A stretch of DNA of 64,000 nucleotides, from positions 1,952,001 through 2,016,000 of the forward strand of contig OY969811.1 of the NCBI GenBank assembly GCA_963703315.1, written 5' to 3'. Made by a program: the position numbers and the translations under genes. Position 1 is the stretch's first letter. Each line of letters starts with the position of its first letter. The notes under the pieces were generated by a model that saw only the letters and a list, made by a program, of their open reading frames with translations, made no database searches and was not told the origin of the DNA. The stretch comes from an uncultured cyanobacterium (GTDB taxonomy: Bacteria > Cyanobacteriota > Cyanobacteriia > Pseudanabaenales > Pseudanabaenaceae). Below, in pieces: positions 58,249 through 64,000 of the stretch.

Positions 58249-59970
58249 TTAAGCAGGTAAGGTGTAACGTTTTTCGATCGCGGTTTTAATGCGATCGCGA
58301 CTATCGTTAGGGGACAGATCTGGAGATGTTTCGATCTCGCTGACTTCAGCCGCTAAGGATTTATCCTTAATCGAGTTTTGCAACCACTTTGAGTAATCTT
58401 GCAGATGTAAATGATGTAGCCAAGTGCGATCATCTACGCCTTCAGCAAGTTGCATAAACATGATCAGGTTTTGCGCTTTAAGATTTAATTGGTTATCTTC
58501 ACCTCTAAAAAAGAAACAGCGATCGCTACCCAAGTTTCCTTCAGCATAGTTCCGCATATGCCGTTGGCGTTCTTGCAGAGGACGGATTACTTCAAATTGA
58601 AATGGCTGATCTTCAGTTTTGATAAACCAAGCCACTCCCGATCCTGAAGCCAGTTCTAAAGGAAGTGGCTCCTTAGGTATCTGATGTCCTACCGTGTTGC
58701 AAAAATCTGTAAAAGTCTGCATTGGTGACTTCACAGCAATCAATGTGTCAATCAAAGATAAAGCAGAGGTGGCTACGTGTTCAGGATGAACCGTTACCAT
58801 GAGAACACCATTGACTGATTGTGGCAAAGTTACCGATGCGTCCCAAGAAGATGGGAACATATGATGCACTTCATCAATGACAATCCAATGTGGTCGCCCA
58901 GTCCGCACCCGCATTTCTAATAGAGAAGGTAGTAGTTGCGCGAGAAATAACGGGCGATCATCAATTTTCACTCCCATTAAATTGACGATCAGATTTTGCT
59001 CTGGCTTACTTAAAACCGTTAACACTTCTGCGGAACTAGGAATCTGTTGAGCATTTCCTAAAATCACAGTCCGATCAAAGCTTTGATAATCTCCTTCGGG
59101 ATCAATAATACAAACCTGATAGCCCTTATCGATAAATCTTTCGATTAATCCTGTCGCTAAAGTTGATTTACCACCACCAGAGATTCCCGCCAGCAAAATA
59201 TTGCGGTTAAGGGGCTGAATATAGGTTTCGCGATCGCCTTCGAGATTACCCAAGACAATGCGATGTCGATCTGGCAAAATGGAAGACTCGCGCAGATCTT
59301 CGGTCAAATCTAGGGTTAACAATCTCTCAATTAATTCGATTACGCCATCACCGCGACTTGCTTCAGTCACCCAATCCACTTCACTCTTGACCGATGGTAG
59401 GGCGTTGGCAACGGCAACAGAAAACTCACATAGTTTTAGAAAAGCTAGATCATTCTCGGCATCACCGACTGCTACCGTATTACGGACAGATAAGCCCATT
59501 TTGTCGAGGGCTGCGCTTAGCCCTGAAGCCTTGTTAACTCCTGCGGGCAGAACCATTACCGCGCCTTTGTTAAAGATCACCTGTAGATCTAATCCCAGTT
59601 CTCTAATTACGGTAAGTACTTGGGTTTCGTTGGGTTCCCATGTTGCCACGATTACTTTACCGACCGAGAGGGGATCGATACTACGCGATCGCAAAGCATT
59701 GATAAATTTCTCAGGGGGTAACTCACCGAGCAGTAATTCTTCGCGAGTGGTAGGAAAGTAAATTACGGCTCCATTTTCAGCAACAACGCAATCGAATAGG
59801 CTAGTCTCAGGAAAGACTGCGATCAGATCTTCAAGTTGTCTACCTGTCACTAAGATCAGCTTGCGTCCTGATTTTTGGAGTCGCTTGAGAGCATCGAGAG
59901 TTGCCTCTGATACCTTTCCATCCTTCGCTAAGGTTCCATCGTAATCCGTGGCTAATATGAGATAATGCAT
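58249..59970 (-). CDS. HAD-IIB phosphatase fused to a HerA/DUF87-like P-loop domain
   Basis: DYDGTL, VTGR, GDAEND; then GISGGGKST, IIDPEGDY, IVIDEVH. Confidence 0.85.
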   Translation of the reverse strand: MHYLILATDYDGTLAKDGKVSEATLDALKRLQKSGRKLILVTGRQLEDLIAVFPETSLFDCVVAENGAVIYFPTTREELLLGELPPEKFINALRSRSIDPLSVGKVIVATWEPNETQVLTVIRELGLDLQVIFNKGAVMVLPAGVNKASGLSAALDKMGLSVRNTVAVGDAENDLAFLKLCEFSVAVANALPSVKSEVDWVTEASRGDGVIELIERLLTLDLTEDLRESSILPDRHRIVLGNLEGDRETYIQPLNRNILLAGISGGGKSTLATGLIERFIDKGYQVCIIDPEGDYQSFDRTVILGNAQQIPSSAEVLTVLSKPEQNLIVNLMGVKIDDRPLFLAQLLPSLLEMRVRTGRPHWIVIDEVHHMFPSSWDASVTLPQSVNGVLMVTVHPEHVATSALSLIDTLIAVKSPMQTFTDFCNTVGHQIPKEPLPLELASGSGVAWFIKTEDQPFQFEVIRPLQERQRHMRNYAEGNLGSDRCFFFRGEDNQLNLKAQNLIMFMQLAEGVDDRTWLHHLHLQDYSKWLQNSIKDKSLAAEVSEIETSPDLSPNDSRDRIKTAIEKRYTLPA

Positions 59971-59979
59971 GAATTTAAA

Positions 59980-61386
59980 TTAATTTAAGGCAGCTTTGCC
60001 AGATTCAGGAGCGCGTAAATCATCTAGAGATAGGTTTGGAGTTTCTGTATAAACTGAGTCAAGTAAGACTTCTAAGACATCAGCATCACGGGAAATGGCG
60101 ATCGCCTGATGCGTGATTAATTCGCCAACATTGAGAATCACCTCATCATTGCGATCGAGGATAACGCGAGTGACAGGACGACCTAAAGCACCCTTAATTC
60201 TTCGATCTTCAATTGCTTGAGTGCCATGATCTTGGAGATTACTAGCAGTTTCCTTAACCTGCTCCCATAATCCTTTAGCACCGTCCTTAACCTGTTGCCC
60301 AACATTGGAACCAGTAACTCTCAAAGCATCACCTGTAGTTAGACCCACTGCTTCTAATAAAGCTTGTTCTTGATGATGAGTTTTTGCTCTTTCAAGTACT
60401 TTTGGAGTCACAATTTGACCTTCTACTGCCACAACTGAACCTTCAGGTGTGAAAATCATCTTGTTCACTCGCCGACCTTGCGCTTGCTCAAGTCCAATAT
60501 TTGCACCCATACCTGTCACCGCCCCTGTCAATTTTTCTCCTAACTTAGCAGTGGCACTTCCTCCTGCTGCATGATAGAGATCATTGGTCATATTCAGGTT
60601 CCGAGCTGCCAAGATATGTGATGAATTCACAACCTTTCCTTCCTGAATTAAAGTTATGCCATCGGTAGTTTCTACAGTTTTTTGAGCAACTTTTCCTAAT
60701 ACAAAAGTCTCTTGTTCTTCAGGATCAACAACCGCATTAGTAAAGCTAGTACCTGCAAATGTCGTCGCTTCTTGAAACTTATCGCCTGTGAATTGGGCAG
60801 CTTCTTGAGCTTTCTCACCTGTAAACTGAGCCATTTCCTGCACTTTGCCACCTGCCGTTTGCATAGCTCCTCTAATGCCACCAACTTGTTCTTGCATCAA
60901 GTCAGCAGTTTCCGAAGGCACAAAGGCAATATCTTCACCAATCTTCAGGGTGTCAGGAGCAGGCACAAAGGAACGCCCAGAATAAGCATCGGCAAAGATG
61001 CCGCCCGATACTTCATACCCTTCGATCGCACCAGTAGTGTCATCAAAATAAAGGTCAAGCATTGTTCCCAAATCACGACCATCAAGGGTCATAATTCTTG
61101 TGCCTTTCAAGATATTATCTCTTTCTAAAATACTTTGCATTGCAGGAAATTCTTGAGCCGAGGCGATCGCCTCTCTAGAAGCGACAATGACGGCATCAGC
61201 ACCGATCGCCTGAATATTTGTTAAAGGCAGTACCAATGCATTACTAAACCAACCACCTTCATCCACAAGAAAGCCTAATAATTGATTACTCTCTTGATCA
61301 AAAATCAAGTCTACAATTGTTCTAAATTCTTCCCCAGAGTCATAAGCAACTATAGGTTTCCCAATCATCCCTTTACCGTTACGCAT
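59980..61386 (-). CDS. PRC-barrel domain protein
   Basis: Two PRC barrels (IGKPIV..DSGE, IGADAVIV; KGTRIMTLDGRDLG), helical linker, repeated G..I...G..IT motifs. Confidence 0.85.
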   Translation of the reverse strand: MRNGKGMIGKPIVAYDSGEEFRTIVDLIFDQESNQLLGFLVDEGGWFSNALVLPLTNIQAIGADAVIVASREAIASAQEFPAMQSILERDNILKGTRIMTLDGRDLGTMLDLYFDDTTGAIEGYEVSGGIFADAYSGRSFVPAPDTLKIGEDIAFVPSETADLMQEQVGGIRGAMQTAGGKVQEMAQFTGEKAQEAAQFTGDKFQEATTFAGTSFTNAVVDPEEQETFVLGKVAQKTVETTDGITLIQEGKVVNSSHILAARNLNMTNDLYHAAGGSATAKLGEKLTGAVTGMGANIGLEQAQGRRVNKMIFTPEGSVVAVEGQIVTPKVLERAKTHHQEQALLEAVGLTTGDALRVTGSNVGQQVKDGAKGLWEQVKETASNLQDHGTQAIEDRRIKGALGRPVTRVILDRNDEVILNVGELITHQAIAISRDADVLEVLLDSVYTETPNLSLDDLRAPESGKAALN

Positions 61387-61417
61387 TTCATTCTCCTAAA
61401 TTTGGTGAAAGTCAACC

Positions 61418-61612
61418 TTAATTGACTGCTTTGTTATTAGTTTTTACAGGTTGGCTAGTAGAGGTATTTCTTACTTCAGTCTCTTTGCCAAAATTAGGAA
61501 CAAGATCAATTACTCCAAAGTATTCCAATGCGACGAATCCAGCCGCAGCTACCAACATAGCCACGCCAGTATATAAAGCCGAATTACTTTTCTTTCCTAC
61601 AAGTCTGGGCAT
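61418..61612 (-). CDS. Small single-helix membrane protein
   Basis: MPRLVGKK...ALEYFGVIDLVPNFG; paralog at 62345-62512. Confidence 0.75.
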   Translation of the reverse strand: MPRLVGKKSNSALYTGVAMLVAAAGFVALEYFGVIDLVPNFGKETEVRNTSTSQPVKTNNKAVN

Positions 61613-61670
61613 ATATTTTTCCTCGCAAGTTATTGTCACATAGAGAAATTCCAAACTTCTCTATGTCCAT

Positions 61671-61749
61671 ACCATTACAGAAGAGTGTTTAGTTTTTTGA
61701 GTGATTTGATTGAATTGATTTACTATGCAATAAAGTGTTACAAAACTTA
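61671..61749 (-). promoter_or_regulatory. Island promoter motif, copy L
   Basis: rc: TTCAATCAA ATCACTCA AAAAACTAA acactcttc TGt AATGGT. Confidence 0.6.
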
Positions 61750-61819
61750 CTTCTATTCATACCCAAGAACAGATGAGGTGCTTTGCACCTCATCTGTTCT
61801 TGGGCTTCACTATCTATGA

Positions 61820-62305
61820 TTACGGTGTTGTTAGAACGGCTTGTAGTTTTGCCTCATCTTCATTAGATAAAGAAGTTTTCAGGACTTTGCCCTTAAATCT
61901 ACTGAGATCTTCTAATACTTTGTCAGGAGTAGCTCTTCTCACCAGTACAAAAATAGCCGAGGTGTTAGGTTCAATCGTACTGCCCACTTCGCGGATAAAG
62001 TTATCATCGATTCCAATATCTGACAATGCTCCAGAAATCCCGCCCGCGATCGCGCCAACTGCCCAACCCAAAAGAGGATTAAAAAAGATGAAACCAAATA
62101 GTAAACCCCAAAAACCTCCACTTAAGGCTCCAGCAGTGGTCAGTTCCTGAGTCTGTTTAATCTTTACTTTTCCGTCCTTATCTCTAATCACGACGGCGGC
62201 ATCTTCTAAATCAATTAGATGCTCTTTTTGAAGCTTTCGGAGTTCCAGTAAAACTGCGTCAGCAGTGAATTCATCTTTAAAGCCAACAGCAATTAGACTA
62301 CTCAT
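61820..62305 (-). CDS. DUF1269-family membrane protein
   Basis: LIDLEDAAVV, GALSGGFWGLLFG glycine zipper, DIGIDDNF. Confidence 0.9.
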   Translation of the reverse strand: MSSLIAVGFKDEFTADAVLLELRKLQKEHLIDLEDAAVVIRDKDGKVKIKQTQELTTAGALSGGFWGLLFGFIFFNPLLGWAVGAIAGGISGALSDIGIDDNFIREVGSTIEPNTSAIFVLVRRATPDKVLEDLSRFKGKVLKTSLSNEDEAKLQAVLTTP

Positions 62306-62344
62306 TCATTTCTCCAGTTATAACTTTTTAATTGATTAGATTGG

Positions 62345-62512
62345 TTATTTTCGATAGGTTTGGCTAGTAGAAACTTCAGGTTTCTGTCCAAAATCATAAA
62401 TCAAGTCAACCACTCCAAAATACTCCAAGGCTATAGCTCCAGCCGCAGCTATAAGCAAACTAAAGCCAAGATATACAGTAGAATTGTTTCTCTTTCCGAC
62501 AAGTCTAGACAT
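62345..62512 (-). CDS. Small single-helix membrane protein
   Basis: MSRLVGKR...ALEYFGVVDLIYDFG; AAGGA RBS. Confidence 0.7.
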   Translation of the reverse strand: MSRLVGKRNNSTVYLGFSLLIAAAGAIALEYFGVVDLIYDFGQKPEVSTSQTYRK

Positions 62513-62638
62513 TATGTTTCCTTGCAATCAATACTTGCCTGAAGAACTCTATAGCTTTCGCCATTTGTATTAGGAAAAATCAAAATCCTAGAAGAGAGTG
62601 GCAGCGCTTCGCGCTGCCACTCTCTTCTGGTTTTATAT

Positions 62639-63115
62639 TTAGGATTTAACTTTGTTTTTGATGGATTTAGCAGTGTCAGATGCTTTATCAGTTAAAGATT
62701 TAAGAGCATCGCCAGCCTTGTCTTTTACATAATTAGCTGCATCACCAGCCTTGTCTAAAGTGTCATCTTTAGCAGAGTTCATCTTGTCACTAGCTTTATC
62801 AAAAGCTTTTTCTACCTGCTTCACAACAGGTGGTGTATCTTCATTAGAACTTCGCTTCATTTTGTCAAAATCAGAGGTTCCTTGAATCTCATTTAGACCT
62901 TGATTTGATACATCATCAGACGTATATTCCTGATTTGTATCGTAAGTACTGCCCTTTACTGCATCTTCAGCTTTTTTCTGAATGTTAGGCATAGTCAGGT
63001 TGTCAATGATTTGATTGTCCTGAGATGCGATCGCTGGAGCAATGTTAGCAAAAGCAATTAACCCACAGACAACAATCATGACTACAAATCGCTTCAGAAA
63101 TTGAGTAAGCTTCAT
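62639..63115 (-). CDS. Exported hydrophilic LEA-like protein
   Basis: GGAGG RBS, signal peptide (AIA), GLNEIQG motif, 11-mer DKAGDA repeats. Confidence 0.7.
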   Translation of the reverse strand: MKLTQFLKRFVVMIVVCGLIAFANIAPAIASQDNQIIDNLTMPNIQKKAEDAVKGSTYDTNQEYTSDDVSNQGLNEIQGTSDFDKMKRSSNEDTPPVVKQVEKAFDKASDKMNSAKDDTLDKAGDAANYVKDKAGDALKSLTDKASDTAKSIKNKVKS

Positions 63116-63164
63116 AGAATTTCCTCCTAATTTAATTAATAATTGGAAATTGTTTCCTACAAAC

Positions 63165-63226
63165 ACAATTGCAAATCAATGTTTGATTTTGAGAATGAGT
63201 TGATTGATTACGAAATAAACTGTAAT
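63165..63226 (-). promoter_or_regulatory. Island promoter motif, copy M
   Basis: rc: ATCAATCAA CTCATTCT CAAAATCAA acattgatt TGc AATTGT. Confidence 0.65.
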
Positions 63227-63291
63227 AGCAACTTTGGAGTTTGTGAGGGCGCAGCTTCGCCGCGCCCTCACTCAAAGACCTAATGGCAAGT

Positions 63292-63498
63292 TTATGAAAC
63301 TGGAACTACACCTGAGGCAATAATGCCCCAAAAATGTAGAACACCTTGATGCGTAAATAATTCGATCGCGATCGCTGAGACAAATCCAATCATCGCGAGA
63401 CGACCGTTCCAGAGTTCAGCTTGGGGTGTAAATCCTCTAATCCAAGCATTGCGCTGCATAACCTTTGCAGCTTCAGCTTGAGGGGTATTGGTTTGCAT
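63292..63498 (-). CDS. hli: High-light-inducible protein (HLIP, chlorophyll a/b-binding helix)
   Basis: GFTPQAELWNGRLAMIGF; GGAG RBS. Confidence 0.9.
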   Translation of the reverse strand: MQTNTPQAEAAKVMQRNAWIRGFTPQAELWNGRLAMIGFVSAIAIELFTHQGVLHFWGIIASGVVPVS

Positions 63499-63580
63499 AG
63501 TAGTTCTCCAAAAAATTGTTGTGCAAAGTGAATAATTAGCCATGAAGTGCGGCGAAGTCGCACTTCATGGCTAATGGGAT

Positions 63581-64000
63581 CTATTGAGAGGCAACTGTTG
63601 CTTTAATCGTGACGGTTTTAACACCCTTGATTTCCATTGCCAAACTTTTGATTTTAGTAAGATCATTTAGTAAAGGAACGGTTCCTGACACAACAACATT
63701 TGCATCTTTAGACTCTATGGTGAGATTGCCTTTGGGGATATTCGCTTCCAACTTGCTCCGAACTTCACTAGCCAGATCAGTATCGGGGCGTTTGGTTTTG
63801 TCACCCATTGCATCATTGCGTTGTTCACGGGCGCGAATATCTGATTCCAATTGTTTTTTACGAGTTTCACTTTGAGCGTCATCTATAGCCGCTTGAGTGT
63901 TTTGAGGGGAGGTCGTCGGGCTGCTAGTGCTATAGGTTGCATTAGGTGCAGGAGCTTCTGCGGTAGTTCTGGCATCGGTGCAAGATACTAATGTGACTAA
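63581..64000 (-). CDS. BON-domain lipoprotein (start lies beyond window end)
   Basis: Frame open to 64000: LVTLVSC lipobox, ESDIRAREQRN, BON motif V.VSGTV...A..IKGVK.V. Confidence 0.8.
   Translation of the reverse strand, partial: LVTLVSCTDARTTAEAPAPNATYSTSSPTTSPQNTQAAIDDAQSETRKKQLESDIRAREQRNDAMGDKTKRPDTDLASEVRSKLEANIPKGNLTIESKDANVVVSGTVPLLNDLTKIKSLAMEIKGVKTVTIKATVASQ

Noticed and set aside
364..63875. Many short antisense or overlapping ORFs in the track (e.g. 1761-2216, 6960-7211, 44639-45067, 52444-52920, 59258-59761)
   Set aside because: Shadows of well-supported genes on the other strand or frame; no motifs of their own
1..64000. Abundant GCGATCGC
   Set aside because: Known cyanobacterial HIP1 sequence; useful for taxonomy, not novel

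Overview
64 kb of cyanobacterial chromosome: the HIP1 octamer GCGATCGC is very frequent and the intergenic hairpin/MITE families look Pseudanabaena-like (taxon inferred). No rRNA, tRNA, CRISPR array, transposase or integrase was seen. Layout: (i) purine-utilisation genes at both ends of the first 24 kb (hpxO-like urate hydroxylase, XanQ/XanP-type permease), sharing an identical 15-bp operator over an NtcA-type promoter. (ii) Between them, an RppAB/NrsRS-type two-component system and a CzcBA/NrsBA-type metal efflux pump, interrupted by a 2168-aa protein (about 27 hypervariable 35-aa helical repeats plus a KAP NTPase) and by a small accessory block (barnase/barstar pair, PadR pair, cupin). (iii) From about 24.7 kb to the end, a general-stress island (GT4/SPS-like, amylo-alpha-1,6-glucosidase, CsbD, Dps, Pmp3, HLIP, BON, PRC-barrel, GST, rubredoxin) that includes a patchwork of membrane-protein genes with three CPBP proteases. 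The strongest unexplained signal is a fixed-spacing promoter-like motif (WTCAATCAA-YTYATWCA-NRAAATCAA-N9-TGn-xANNNT) found 13 times, always in the sense orientation upstream of island genes, which suggests an uncharacterised regulon. All calls come from reading the sequence; no database search was run.
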